Below the pieces are notes generated by a model. That model had not been told where the DNA came from, did no database searches, and saw only the letters and a list, made by a program, of their open reading frames with translations. From positions 7,351 through 71,350 of the forward strand of contig CAZLNP010000003.1 in NCBI GenBank assembly GCA_964561085.1: 64,000 nt of DNA, written 5' to 3'. Position 1 is the stretch's first letter. Each line of letters starts with the position of its first letter. Position numbers and translations under genes: made by a program. The stretch comes from an uncultured Candidatus Saccharibacteria bacterium. GTDB taxonomy: Bacteria; Patescibacteriota; Doudnabacteria; UBA920. Shown one piece after another: positions 38,434 to 48,456 of this stretch.

Positions 38434-39714
38434 TTAGTAGCCCTTATAGTCATGCATAGTCAACTGAGCTTCAACCTGTTTGATGGTTTCAATAACCACA
38501 GCTACTACAATCAACATTCCAGTACCACCAAGTGTTAGGGATTGTGTACCAGTCCATTGTTGAACGATGAACGGCAACACCGCTACTAAACCTAAGAATA
38601 AAGATCCTGGCAATGTGATGCGATTCAAGACTTTATACAGGTAAGCTGCTGTCTGTTGTCCTGGGCGAAGACCAGGAACAAATCCACCACTACGTTGCAT
38701 ATTTTCTGCCACATCATCAGGGTTAACAATAATGTTTGTGTAGAAATAAGTGAATGCTACCACCAACACGAAGTAAACTACTCCATACCAAAGCCCTTGA
38801 GTATTAGTGAAGTTAATTACTGCTTGTGCCCATTCAGCTAGCATCGCACTTTTTGCATTCAAGAAGAACTGAGCAATAATCGCTGGGAAAAGCATCAAAG
38901 ATAGAGCAAAGATAATCGGAATAACACCAGCCTGGTTCAAACGCATCGGCAAGTGAGAATCTACTCCCCCAACCTGTCTATCGCCGCGCTGTCGTTTTGC
39001 ATAGGAAACTGGAATATTACGCTGAGCCTCAGAAACTAGAACGATTCCGGCAATAACCAAAATTATGGCTGCTGCGAAAGCGATAATAGTCGGAAGTTGG
39101 CTTGGGTCGTAAAGTTGAATTAATGAGCTTAAGCTAGATGGCAATTGAGCAACAATACCAGCGAAAATGATTAAGGAAAGTCCATTACCAATACCATATT
39201 CAGAAATAATTTCACCAATCCACATGATGAACATTGTACCAGCTGTTACACAAAGAAGGGTTAAGAACCACTGGAAAGGGCTAAATGCACCCAAAATCTC
39301 AGCGCCACCCTGGCTTTGCAGCAAACGAATAGTACCAAAACCAGACACAACCGCTAGAGGAATGGTTAAGAAACGAGTATATTGATTAATCTTAGCGCGG
39401 CCTGCTTCACCACTTTCCTTCTGAAGTTCTTTCAAAGAAGGGACAATCATAGTCAAAAGCTGCATGATGATAGAAGCTGTAATGTAAGGACCTACACCAA
39501 GCATAGCAATAGAGAAGTTAGCTAAACCACCACCAGAGAAGATGTCTAACAAATTCAAGAATTGATTGCCTTGGAAGAATGCTTGCAAACCTGAAACATT
39601 AATCCCTGGAATAGGAATATTAACCAAAACACGAGTAGCCAAAAGAAGCGCGATGACCATGAAGATCTTCCAGCGCAAATCTTTAGTTTTCCAAATAAGT
39701 AGTAAAGTATTCAT
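38434..39714 (-). CDS. secY: Preprotein translocase SecY
   Basis: LGVGPYITASIIMQLL, GIGNGLSLIIFAGI, AGVIPIIFA and PGLRPG motifs. Confidence 0.97.
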   Translation of the reverse strand: MNTLLLIWKTKDLRWKIFMVIALLLATRVLVNIPIPGINVSGLQAFFQGNQFLNLLDIFSGGGLANFSIAMLGVGPYITASIIMQLLTMIVPSLKELQKESGEAGRAKINQYTRFLTIPLAVVSGFGTIRLLQSQGGAEILGAFSPFQWFLTLLCVTAGTMFIMWIGEIISEYGIGNGLSLIIFAGIVAQLPSSLSSLIQLYDPSQLPTIIAFAAAIILVIAGIVLVSEAQRNIPVSYAKRQRGDRQVGGVDSHLPMRLNQAGVIPIIFALSLMLFPAIIAQFFLNAKSAMLAEWAQAVINFTNTQGLWYGVVYFVLVVAFTYFYTNIIVNPDDVAENMQRSGGFVPGLRPGQQTAAYLYKVLNRITLPGSLFLGLVAVLPFIVQQWTGTQSLTLGGTGMLIVVAVVIETIKQVEAQLTMHDYKGY

Positions 39715-39761
39715 AATAAGAAGTGATCTTTATATTTCTATTGATATTATACAGGAAAAGC

Positions 39762-39801
39762 AATAAACGCGCTCTATGTATTAATAGCTGCGCGTTTTAT
39801 T
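39762..39801. terminator. Terminator-like hairpin between rplO and secY
   Basis: AATAAACGCGC...GCGCGTTTTATT; followed on the minus strand by a TATAAT ahead of secY. Confidence 0.6.
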
Positions 39802-39807
39802 GCTGAG

Positions 39808-40245
39808 TTATTTAGAAAGAGTTCCACCAGCTTTTTCAATGGTTTCCTTCGCAGTACCAGATACAGAAACCTTGAAAGTCAATTTACGGGCAAGCTTTCC
39901 TTGTAAAATCTTAACGCGCTTAGCACCAGTTGGTACAAGACCATGAGCTCTCAATGTAGCTATAGTCACAATATCGCCATCTTTGAAGACAGATAGAGCA
40001 TCTAACTTGATAGCAGTAGCTTTTTCAGCCAAGCTCTTAAATCCACGAAGTTTTGGCAATTGACGAACCAACGGCTGACGACCACCTTCAAATCGAGCTG
40101 GCATCTTTGAGTGACCAGTACGCTTGGTCTGTCCCTTATTACCACGAGTGGAATAAGTTCCGTGTCCACTACCAATACCACGACCGACTACTTTGCGGCG
40201 CTTTGTGGATTTTGGATGTTTACGTAATTGATGAAGTTTGATCAT
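39808..40245 (-). CDS. rplO: 50S ribosomal protein L15
   Basis: VGRGIGSGHG, FEGGRQPL and IEKAGG motifs. Confidence 0.95.
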   Translation of the reverse strand: MIKLHQLRKHPKSTKRRKVVGRGIGSGHGTYSTRGNKGQTKRTGHSKMPARFEGGRQPLVRQLPKLRGFKSLAEKATAIKLDALSVFKDGDIVTIATLRAHGLVPTGAKRVKILQGKLARKLTFKVSVSGTAKETIEKAGGTLSK

Positions 40246-40275
40246 AAAATTAAGCTTATTTAAAGTGAGCGGAAA

Positions 40276-40779
40276 TTATTTACGGCTAGCTAGAATAGTT
40301 TCTTTGCTGCGCATCAACTTGAAGGCTGCAAAAGTAGCACGAACGTTATTAACTTTGTTGTTAGAACCAAGCATTTTAGAGATAACATTCTTCACACCAG
40401 CCATGTCTAGTACTGAACGAACAGCACCACCAGCAATCACACCAGTACCTGGACGAGCTGGCAACATGATGATTTGGCTAGACTTATACTTTAGCTTGAT
40501 TTCATGTGGGATAGTATCGTTAACCAATGGCAAAGTAATCATGTTCTTTTTTGCTTCGTTTACTGCCTTGTTCACAGCTTCAGCAACGTCATTACCTTTT
40601 CTCAAGCCAATACCAACACGACCCTTGTGATCACCGATCACAATAAGCGCGCGGAAACGCATACGTTTTCCACCACCGGTCACACGAGTTACACGCTTAA
40701 CTTCAACCACTTTTTGGTCAAATTCACGTACAGGTCGTTCGCCACGATTATTAGGTTTTCTTGGTCTCTTGTCCATCAT
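40276..40779 (-). CDS. rpsE: 30S ribosomal protein S5
   Basis: RVTRVTGGGKRMRF and PARPGTGVIAGG motifs. Confidence 0.96.
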   Translation of the reverse strand: MMDKRPRKPNNRGERPVREFDQKVVEVKRVTRVTGGGKRMRFRALIVIGDHKGRVGIGLRKGNDVAEAVNKAVNEAKKNMITLPLVNDTIPHEIKLKYKSSQIIMLPARPGTGVIAGGAVRSVLDMAGVKNVISKMLGSNNKVNNVRATFAAFKLMRSKETILASRK

Positions 40780-40800
40780 AATGTTATTGATAATTTCCTA

Positions 40801-41160
40801 TTAAAACGCTAGTCCACCAGTACGAGCAGCTTCAGCCAATGCCTTCACGCGGCCATGATAACGGTATCCACCGCGATCAAATACTACCGTAGCAATTCCT
40901 TTAGCTTTTGCTTTTTCAGCAATCGCTGTTCCTACTTGAGTAGAAAGATCAGACTTTGCAGCCTTAGTCTTAATCTCAGCAGAACTTGCAGCAGCTAAAG
41001 TTTTACCAGAAGCGTCGTCAATAATTTGAGCGTAAATATGAGATGCTGAACGGAAAACGGTTAAACGCGGGCGTTCTGTAGTGCCGATAACGACACTGCG
41101 GACGCGGGCGTGGCGACGTTCTCGCTTAGCTCTTTTTAAAATTTCTTTATTGGTTGTCAT
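40801..41160 (-). CDS. rplR: 50S ribosomal protein L18
   Basis: RPRLTVFRS and [18 protein letters not shown] motifs. Confidence 0.96.
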   Translation of the reverse strand: MTTNKEILKRAKRERRHARVRSVVIGTTERPRLTVFRSASHIYAQIIDDASGKTLAAASSAEIKTKAAKSDLSTQVGTAIAEKAKAKGIATVVFDRGGYRYHGRVKALAEAARTGGLAF

Positions 41161-41177
41161 AAAATTATTTCTCTAAA

Positions 41178-41771
41178 TTATTTTCCGACGGCCTTAACGA
41201 CTTTACCAGCCTTACGGACAATTACTTCATCACTATACTTAATACCTTTACCCTTGTAAGGCTCAGGCTTCTTTAATTCGCGAATGTTAGCAGCCACTTG
41301 GCCAACTAATTGCTTATCAATTCCGGTTAAAGTCACTGTAGTTTGATATTGTAAAATAGTCACTTTAGCTGGATCTTTTTCTACCTTTACTTCCACACCG
41401 GGCGCAATTTCAAAATCAATAGCGTGAGAAAAACCTAAGTTCAATACCAATGTAGTACCACGAACTTCTGCTTTGAAACCAACACCAACAATATCTAATT
41501 GCTTTGTGTATCCAGTACTAACACCATCAACCATGTTTTGCACCAAAGAACGGAACAAACCCCAAAGAGCTTTTTCGCGCTTATCTTCGTGCTTAGCTAC
41601 ATCAACGATAACTTCGTTAGCGCCCTCATTAGCAACAATAGTAACCATCACTTTAGGATGTACTTCTTGAGTTAAAGTTCCTTTCGGTCCTTTTACAGTC
41701 AACACGTTTCCGCTAAGTTCTGCGGTTACGCCTGCTGGTAAGATAACTGGTTTTTTTCCAATACGGCTCAT
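41178..41771 (-). CDS. rplF: 50S ribosomal protein L6
   Basis: MSRIGKKP and PEPYKGKGIKY motifs. Confidence 0.96.
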   Translation of the reverse strand: MSRIGKKPVILPAGVTAELSGNVLTVKGPKGTLTQEVHPKVMVTIVANEGANEVIVDVAKHEDKREKALWGLFRSLVQNMVDGVSTGYTKQLDIVGVGFKAEVRGTTLVLNLGFSHAIDFEIAPGVEVKVEKDPAKVTILQYQTTVTLTGIDKQLVGQVAANIRELKKPEPYKGKGIKYSDEVIVRKAGKVVKAVGK

Positions 41772-41786
41772 ATATATAAAATTAGT

Positions 41787-42179
41787 TTACCAAACTTGGC
41801 AGACTACCTCTCCACCCAAGCGATCTTTACGCGCTTGCTTATCTGTTAATAGACCTTTAGATGTAGAAACAACTGTTATTCCGAAACCACCATTTGTGCG
41901 AGGTACGCGAGTAACTGGAAGGTAGATACGTTGACCAGGAGTACTAACACGCTTAATACCTGTGATAACTGGTTCGCCTACTTGATCATACTTTAAGTTC
42001 AACTGTAAAGATTTAACGCGGCCTGGTAGTTCGTTTACACCACTAATAAAACCTTCAGCCAATAGCACGTTTGCTAAGCTGTGTTTGAACTTGGAGTAAG
42101 GCATCACTAATTCACCCTTGCGAGCTGCAAGAGCATTACGGATGCGAGTTAACATGTCTGAAATTGGATCTGTGTACAT
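41787..42179 (-). CDS. rpsH: 30S ribosomal protein S8
   Basis: DPISDMLTRIRNA, STSKG and GGE motifs. Confidence 0.96.
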   Translation of the reverse strand: MYTDPISDMLTRIRNALAARKGELVMPYSKFKHSLANVLLAEGFISGVNELPGRVKSLQLNLKYDQVGEPVITGIKRVSTPGQRIYLPVTRVPRTNGGFGITVVSTSKGLLTDKQARKDRLGGEVVCQVW

Positions 42180-42193
42180 AGTGGTTATTTAAT

Positions 42194-42388
42194 CTACCAA
42201 GAAGCCTTTGTTACGCCTGGAATCTCGCCACGACTAGCAAGTTCTCGGAAACAAATGCGGCATAGCGCGAAATCTCTCATGAAGCCAGCCTTACGACCAC
42301 ACTTCCAACAGCGTCGAATTACTCGAGTTGAGTACTTCGGCTTCACTAAACTTCTATTAGCTTTTGCGATTAAAGATTTCTTTGCCAT
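42194..42388 (-). CDS. rpsN: 30S ribosomal protein S14, zinc-binding type Z
   Basis: RCWKCGR...LCRICFRE...PGVTKASW. Confidence 0.95.
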   Translation of the reverse strand: MAKKSLIAKANRSLVKPKYSTRVIRRCWKCGRKAGFMRDFALCRICFRELASRGEIPGVTKASW

Positions 42389-42397
42389 GTTGGTTAA

Positions 42398-42952
42398 TTA
42401 TTGTTTTTCAACTTCTTTGATAAAAGGGAAATTCATTGCTGTAAGTAATGCGCGAGCCGGTTCATCTTTACCTGCGTTAGTCACAATTGAGACTTGCAGA
42501 CCAAAGATGTGTTCAAGCGCATCGTTAGAGATTTCTGGGAACACAATATGTTCTTTCAATCCCAAGTGATAGCTTCCTCGACCATCGAATCCTTTCGGAG
42601 ACACACCTCGGAAGTCCTTCACACGAGGCATTCCTACGCTAATCAGCTTATCTAGGAATTCGTACATGCGTTGGCCACGAAGTGTTGCTGCCATACCGAC
42701 CACTTGCTGTTCGCGGATTTTAAAACCAGCAACTGATTTGCGAGCTTTAGTTTCCACTGGAGCTTGGCCAGCAATCGCAGTTAAGTCTCGTTTGATACTT
42801 TCTACGAACTTGGAATCCTTCAGGAACTTACCGATACCAACGTTGATAACGATTTTCTGAATGCGTGGAACTTCCATGCTGTTTTTGTATCCGAACTCTT
42901 CTTTGAGCTGTGGGACAATCTCTTTATTATATTGTTCTTGTAAACGGTTCAT
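42398..42952 (-). CDS. rplE: 50S ribosomal protein L5
   Basis: KIVINVG, PRVKDFRG and FPEI motifs. Confidence 0.96.
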   Translation of the reverse strand: MNRLQEQYNKEIVPQLKEEFGYKNSMEVPRIQKIVINVGIGKFLKDSKFVESIKRDLTAIAGQAPVETKARKSVAGFKIREQQVVGMAATLRGQRMYEFLDKLISVGMPRVKDFRGVSPKGFDGRGSYHLGLKEHIVFPEISNDALEHIFGLQVSIVTNAGKDEPARALLTAMNFPFIKEVEKQ

Positions 42953-42972
42953 ATAATTAAATTTAATCTGTT

Positions 42973-43296
42973 CTAAACAGCTTTCCCACTCTTACGAGCA
43001 ATTCGTTGCTTAGTGCCATCTTCTAGAGTCTGGTATCCAACACGAGTTGGTTTTCCTGAGTTACTATCGATAAGCATTACCTTCGATACATGCATAGCTC
43101 CAGCAAAGGTGATCTTCTGACCAGGTTGACGGGCAGTTTTACCCTTTTCAAACTTGGTATGCATATTAGCATTCTCAACAACAACCTTACCAATGGTAGG
43201 AAGTGCGCGAAGTACTGTACCAGTCTTACCCTTATCTTTACCAGATAGGATTTTAACTGTATCGCCTTTTTTAATTTTCATCTTAAGCTGTGTCAT
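42973..43296 (-). CDS. rplX: 50S ribosomal protein L24
   Basis: IKKGDTVKILSGKDKGKTG KOW motif. Confidence 0.95.
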   Translation of the reverse strand: MTQLKMKIKKGDTVKILSGKDKGKTGTVLRALPTIGKVVVENANMHTKFEKGKTARQPGQKITFAGAMHVSKVMLIDSNSGKPTRVGYQTLEDGTKQRIARKSGKAV

Positions 43297-43304
43297 ATAT
43301 AGAA

Positions 43305-43676
43305 TTAAATAACTTCAGGAGCCATGGATACAATTTTGTTGTATCCTTTATCTCGGATTTCACGAGCGATTGGACCAAAGATACGAGTACCTTTAGGTTC
43401 GCCTTTTTCTTTATCAACAAGTACACCAGCATTTTCATCAAATCGGATGTAAGACCCATCTTTACGACGAATTTCTTTCTTAGTGCGAACAATTAAAGCG
43501 TGAACTTTATCACCTTTTTTAACTTGTCCACCAGGAGAAACCTGTCGTACAGAACCAGAAATGATATCACCAACACCAGCAAAGCGGCGGTGATTCTTTC
43601 CGTTCACGCTGAATACATTGACGATTTTAGCGCCAGTGTTGTCTGCGATTTTAATTAAGGATCTTACTTGTAACAT
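43305..43676 (-). CDS. rplN: 50S ribosomal protein L14
   Basis: [14 protein letters not shown] and GTRIFGP motifs. Confidence 0.96.
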   Translation of the reverse strand: MLQVRSLIKIADNTGAKIVNVFSVNGKNHRRFAGVGDIISGSVRQVSPGGQVKKGDKVHALIVRTKKEIRRKDGSYIRFDENAGVLVDKEKGEPKGTRIFGPIAREIRDKGYNKIVSMAPEVI

Positions 43677-43707
43677 GTTTTTAAATTAAGTTAGTTAGGT
43701 AAATTGA

Positions 43708-44001
43708 TTAAGCAACTGTTTCTACTGGAGCGTCGCTATGAATTTCTTCGTGAGGAGTCATATTTTTCACGATTGTGAAAGATTTGTCTTTACTCTTTGG
43801 AGCACAAGATTCGATTACTACGCGATCACCAATGTGAGTAGCGTTTGATTCATCGTGAGCTTTGTACTTTTGAGACTTAGTATAACTTTTGTGATACTTA
43901 GGGTGGCGCATGCGCACATCAACCTTGACCACAACAGTCTTTTCCATCTTATTCGAAACAACCACTCCGGTCATTTGCTGTTTTGTTGATTTCTTTTCCA
44001 T
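43708..44001 (-). CDS. rpsQ: 30S ribosomal protein S17
   Basis: GVVVSNKMEKTVVV, HPKY and AHDE motifs. Confidence 0.95.
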   Translation of the reverse strand: MEKKSTKQQMTGVVVSNKMEKTVVVKVDVRMRHPKYHKSYTKSQKYKAHDESNATHIGDRVVIESCAPKSKDKSFTIVKNMTPHEEIHSDAPVETVA

Positions 44002-44023
44002 AAGTATTAATTAGTTAACTAGG

Positions 44024-44206
44024 TTAGTTTGCTCTTAAGTAAGTCAGGATACGAGCGATATCTTTGCGAACTGTAGATAGTTCACGAACATTCTTGATTT
44101 GACCCATTCTCTTCTTTAGATTTAACTCCAAAGCTTTTGAACGAAGTGTCTCTAGCTCCTTGCGGAGTTGAGTGTCATCTTTTGCTGATAATTCTTTGTA
44201 CTTCAT
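44024..44206 (-). CDS. rpmC: 50S ribosomal protein L29
   Basis: RKDIARILT motif; syntenic position. Confidence 0.93.
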   Translation of the reverse strand: MKYKELSAKDDTQLRKELETLRSKALELNLKKRMGQIKNVRELSTVRKDIARILTYLRAN

Positions 44207-44210
44207 AGGG

Positions 44211-44618
44211 TTAATCTTTAATCAAGAATTTAGTTCGCACAGGCAACTTGTGGGCTGCCAAACGCATAGCTTCACGGGCTTGAGCTTCTGTAACTCCATC
44301 CATTTCATACAAGATGCGACCTGTTTTTACAACAGCCACAAAGTGAGATACAGCACCTTTACCGCTACCCATCACAGATTCATTTCCATGATCAGTCATT
44401 GGTTTATCCGGGAAAATTCGAATCCAAATCTTTCCACCACGGTTGATGGAACGAGTCATAGCACGACGAGCAGATTCAATTTGGCGAGCAGTTACGAACG
44501 ATCCTTCTAACGCTTTAAGCGCGAAGCTACCGAAAGCAATTGTGTTGCCAGACATGGATTTGCCTTTGTTATTACCGCGATGGTGTTTGCGGTGTTTGAC
44601 TTTCTTCGGAATTAACAT
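44211..44618 (-). CDS. rplP: 50S ribosomal protein L16
   Basis: [15 protein letters not shown] and MGSGKG motifs. Confidence 0.96.
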   Translation of the reverse strand: MLIPKKVKHRKHHRGNNKGKSMSGNTIAFGSFALKALEGSFVTARQIESARRAMTRSINRGGKIWIRIFPDKPMTDHGNESVMGSGKGAVSHFVAVVKTGRILYEMDGVTEAQAREAMRLAAHKLPVRTKFLIKD

Positions 44619-44657
44619 AATAAACTAATGATTGATAATAGAAATAAATTAGATAAG

Positions 44658-45332
44658 TTACTTAACGTCTTCAGTTACTGTAGGTTTAATCTCTTTGCGT
44701 TCAAACACATCACCTTTGTAGATCCATACTTTGATACCAAGTGTACCGTATGTAGTGTGTGCTGTAGCTTTAGCATAATCAATGTCTGCGCGTAGAGTGT
44801 GCAAAGGGATTTTACCGCTTGATAGATGTTCGGAACGAGCAATTTCTGCACCGTTTAAACGTCCGCCAATTTGGACTTTAATACCTTTAGCTCCAGCTTG
44901 CATAACTGATTCAAGAGATTGTTTCATTAAACGACGGAATGCTACACGCTTTTCAAGTTGTTCAGCAATAGAACCAGCAATTACAGCAGCGTGCATATTC
45001 ACATCTCGGATTTCCTCAATGTTTACTTTAAGCTCTTTCTTGATCTTCAATTTCGTCTTGATTTTCTTCTTGAGCTCTTCAATTCCAGCACCACCCTTAC
45101 CGATAATCAAACCAGGTTTTGTAGTTCTGATGATTACAGTAATAGTACCGTCATTAAGTCGTTCAATATCAATACGAGCAAGACCAGCTTTGCGTAAATG
45201 TTCTTCTAAATATTCACGGATTCGAACATCTTCACGAAGCTGTTCAACATAGTTAGATTTAGAAAACCACTTAGACTTCCAGGTCTCGGTGATATTCAAT
45301 CGATATGAAGTTGGATTAATCTTATTTCCCAT
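44658..45332 (-). CDS. rpsC: 30S ribosomal protein S3
   Basis: PGLIIGKGG, GRLNGAEIAR and PLHTLRADID motifs. Confidence 0.96.
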   Translation of the reverse strand: MGNKINPTSYRLNITETWKSKWFSKSNYVEQLREDVRIREYLEEHLRKAGLARIDIERLNDGTITVIIRTTKPGLIIGKGGAGIEELKKKIKTKLKIKKELKVNIEEIRDVNMHAAVIAGSIAEQLEKRVAFRRLMKQSLESVMQAGAKGIKVQIGGRLNGAEIARSEHLSSGKIPLHTLRADIDYAKATAHTTYGTLGIKVWIYKGDVFERKEIKPTVTEDVK

Positions 45333-45354
45333 AGGGGTAAGTAAACTTGATGAA

Positions 45355-46005
45355 TTATTTATTTAAGTTCTGCGGACTAGTCTTTTCTTCTACTAGGTCT
45401 GCGTTGTTCTCGTTATGAGTCTCTTTAACTTTAGTATCTTCCTGGTGCTTAGTTTCTACCAATACTTCAGATTCTGGATTAACCGCCGGATTCTCTTCTA
45501 GCTTATCTTTTGGTTCAGGACGAACTACTTTAGGAACAACAGCTTTAGCTTTCTGCTTCTTCTTAAGCTTCACCGCTCGTTCTTCCAAAATAACGTTTAC
45601 ATGAGACATCTTGCGACGGATCATGAAAGCACTACCTCGAGCGCGTGGGAAGGAACGTTGTAGTACCGGGCCCATGTCGCAAGTAAGCTCTTTAATGAAC
45701 AAGCTATCGCGGTTCATAGAAAAGTTATTTTCAGCATTAGCAGCTGCAGATTGCAAAAGCTTTTGTAGCATCACAGCACCCTTTTTATTAGTAAAGGATA
45801 GCTGAGTCATTGCTTCGTTCAAACGCATATCTTTTACTAAGTTAGTAACAAGACGCATTTTACGAGGAGCAATACGAAGGCTACGAGCATGAGCGCGAAC
45901 CAACTGCTTTGGAGCAGGAGTTGCAACTTCTGCTTTTGCTTTAGCAGTAGTAGCTTTAGCAGGAGCTTTCTTTGCAGTATTCAGTTTTTCAGCTTTATCA
46001 GCCAT
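45355..46005 (-). CDS. rplV: 50S ribosomal protein L22 with N- and C-terminal extensions
   Basis: RIAPRKMRLV, SAAANAENN and PRARG core. Confidence 0.94.
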   Translation of the reverse strand: MADKAEKLNTAKKAPAKATTAKAKAEVATPAPKQLVRAHARSLRIAPRKMRLVTNLVKDMRLNEAMTQLSFTNKKGAVMLQKLLQSAAANAENNFSMNRDSLFIKELTCDMGPVLQRSFPRARGSAFMIRRKMSHVNVILEERAVKLKKKQKAKAVVPKVVRPEPKDKLEENPAVNPESEVLVETKHQEDTKVKETHNENNADLVEEKTSPQNLNK

Positions 46006-46027
46006 ATCTTTGAATTAGTTAAAACAG

Positions 46028-46345
46028 TTATTTCTTCTTAGCAGGTGCCGCAGGCTTAGATGCAGCTGCACTTGCAGCGGCTTCAGCTTTAGCAATCTTA
46101 CCACCATGACGAATGAATTTACGTGTTGGTGAGAATTCGCCAAGTTTGTGTCCAACCATGCTTTCAGTAACGAAAACATCGATGTGTTGACGACCGTTGT
46201 GAACAGCGAAAGTGAATCCAATCATTTCTGGCCCAATCGCTGAATCGCGAGACCAAGTCTTGATTTTATCACCCGGCTTGCCAGCAAGAACTTTCTTGAG
46301 CAACTTCGGATCGAGGTATGGACCTTTTTTTAAACTTCTAGACAT
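46028..46345 (-). CDS. rpsS: 30S ribosomal protein S19
   Basis: RSLKKGP and [13 protein letters not shown] motifs. Confidence 0.96.
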   Translation of the reverse strand: MSRSLKKGPYLDPKLLKKVLAGKPGDKIKTWSRDSAIGPEMIGFTFAVHNGRQHIDVFVTESMVGHKLGEFSPTRKFIRHGGKIAKAEAAASAAASKPAAPAKKK

Positions 46346-46364
46346 AATGAATTAATTACTTGGA

Positions 46365-47216
46365 TTATTTCGCGTGCTTGTTAACACGGCGCTTAACAAT
46401 TAGACGACCGCTTGGTTTCTTCTTATCACGAGTACGAACACCCATTGCGTGTCGGCCCCAAGGAGTCTTTGGATACTTCATACCGATAGAGTTAGAACCT
46501 TCACCACCACCATGAGGGTGATCTACCGGGTTCATCACTTTACCACGAACGCTTGGTCTCCAACCCATGTTGCGAGAACGACCAGCTTTACCAATGCGAA
46601 CGTTCATCCAATCTGGATTAGACATTGCGCCGATTGAAGCAGTACAAGTTTCGCGAGCACGGCGGATTTCACCGGAAGGCATCTTTAGTAGAGCGTAGCC
46701 GCCTTCAATGTTCTGTAATAGTAGACCGCTTCCAGCACTGCGAGCAATTTTGCCGCCGTGGCCAGGAATTAATTCTACATCGTGGATTACTGTACTAACA
46801 GGAATTGAAGATAAAGGTAAACGGTTGCCTGGCTTAATTTCAGCAGTATCAGAGAAAATTACTGTATCACCTACTTTAAGTCCTTGCGGAGTTAAAATGT
46901 AGCGCTTAACACCATCTTTGTAAAATACTAGTGAGATGAAAGCTGTGCGAGTTGGATCATATTCAATAGTCTTTACAGTAGCAGGAATATCTTTACGATC
47001 AACACGAGAGAAATCTACTAAGCGAAGTTGCTTCTTTGCACCGCCACCTTGATGACGAACAGTGATTTTACCTGTGTTATTACGTCCAGCTTGCTTGCCT
47101 TTAGAAACAATCAGACCTTTTGGAGTCTTAACTGTTTTGCTCAATACTGCATTGTAATCTACAACGCTAGCAAAGCGACGGCCAGGAGTTATTGGTTTGT
47201 ATAGTTTTACTGCCAT
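46365..47216 (-). CDS. rplB: 50S ribosomal protein L2
   Basis: GRNNTGKITVRH, EYDP and MNPVDHPHGGGEG motifs. Confidence 0.97.
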   Translation of the reverse strand: MAVKLYKPITPGRRFASVVDYNAVLSKTVKTPKGLIVSKGKQAGRNNTGKITVRHQGGGAKKQLRLVDFSRVDRKDIPATVKTIEYDPTRTAFISLVFYKDGVKRYILTPQGLKVGDTVIFSDTAEIKPGNRLPLSSIPVSTVIHDVELIPGHGGKIARSAGSGLLLQNIEGGYALLKMPSGEIRRARETCTASIGAMSNPDWMNVRIGKAGRSRNMGWRPSVRGKVMNPVDHPHGGGEGSNSIGMKYPKTPWGRHAMGVRTRDKKKPSGRLIVKRRVNKHAK

Positions 47217-47220
47217 AGGA

Positions 47221-47625
47221 TTATGATGGTTCTACTAAATCAATTTTCTTACTGTCCGGCTTTAAAGTAACGATTGCTTTCTTGTAAGCAGAAGTTGTGC
47301 CAGTTCGACGGCCAAAGCGACGGGTTTTTCCAGCCACTGTGATCATGTTTACTGTCGCAACTTTCACTCCGTAAAGAGCTTCAACTGCTTTACGAGCTTC
47401 AATCTTGTTAGTCTTCGGTAGTACTGTGAATACGTATTTGTTAATTGCATTCATCTTGCCAGCTTTTTCTGAAATTCGAGGTACGACTAAAGCGCGTGAG
47501 CTAGAAGCATCAAGCGTGATAGTTTTTGCAGGAGTTCCTTCAGTAACTACTGCTGTAGCTTCTGCTACAACTGGAGTTGCTTCTGTTTCTTCTGCTGTAT
47601 TCTCTTTTTTAGAAAAAATTGCCAT
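47221..47625 (-). CDS. rplW: 50S ribosomal protein L23 with acidic N-terminal extension
   Basis: PRISEK, YVF and YKKAIVTL motifs. Confidence 0.93.
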   Translation of the reverse strand: MAIFSKKENTAEETEATPVVAEATAVVTEGTPAKTITLDASSSRALVVPRISEKAGKMNAINKYVFTVLPKTNKIEARKAVEALYGVKVATVNMITVAGKTRRFGRRTGTTSAYKKAIVTLKPDSKKIDLVEPS

Positions 47626-47647
47626 TGGGATAAATTAGTAGAGTAAA

Positions 47648-48418
47648 TTATTTAACGGTTTCTTTAACTTCTTTTGCTGTTTTAGCAGCAGGAGCTTTCT
47701 TAACTGTGGTCTCCTTAGCTACTGTCTTTTTAGCTGCTGCTTTAACTGATTTTGCAGACTTCTCGTAATTAGCGTTAGCTTTTAGATAAGTCTTTTCAAT
47801 CACTTCTAGGCTCTCCTTAAGGATTACCATTGTATCAGCTTTTAGGATATCTGTTACATTCAAACTTGCTGCTATTGTAGATTCCAGATTTGGGATGTTA
47901 CGAGAAGCGCGGACTAATTCTTGTTGCTTCTTAGGCATTACAAGTAATTGCTTTTTGCCCAAGCCATTTAGCTTGCTCTCAAATGAAGCCATCACTTGTA
48001 CAAAGTTTTTAGTCTTTGCGTTTTCAATGTTCATTCCTTCAACAACAATTAGCTTACCATCATTGAATTTGTCAGAAAGTGACATAAACAATGCTTTAGT
48101 CTTAGCTTTCTTGTTAATCTTCAATGACCAGTTACGATCTGAAGTTGGACCAAAAGTAATTCCACCATGACGCCAGATAGGGCTACGAGTAGAACCTACA
48201 CGAGCGCGGCCAGTACCTTTTTGCTTCCAAGGTTTCTTACCACCACCACTAACCTCACCGCGAGTCTTGGTGTTAGCCAAGCCCTTACGAGCGTTAGAAG
48301 CCTGAACACGTACGGATTCAGCAAGCAAATGAATAGATGGCTTAACACCATAGATCTTTTCATTCAACTCGATTTCGCCGACTACTTCAGCTTTTTGATT
48401 GTAAACAGAAATTTTCAT
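47648..48418 (-). CDS. rplD: 50S ribosomal protein L4 with Lys/Ala-rich C-terminal tail
   Basis: TKTRGEVSGGGKKPWKQKGTGRAR motif. Confidence 0.96.
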   Translation of the reverse strand: MKISVYNQKAEVVGEIELNEKIYGVKPSIHLLAESVRVQASNARKGLANTKTRGEVSGGGKKPWKQKGTGRARVGSTRSPIWRHGGITFGPTSDRNWSLKINKKAKTKALFMSLSDKFNDGKLIVVEGMNIENAKTKNFVQVMASFESKLNGLGKKQLLVMPKKQQELVRASRNIPNLESTIAASLNVTDILKADTMVILKESLEVIEKTYLKANANYEKSAKSVKAAAKKTVAKETTVKKAPAAKTAKEVKETVK

Positions 48419-48456
48419 AATCTAGATTAATATATAGAGTAAAGATAACTCGCTAC

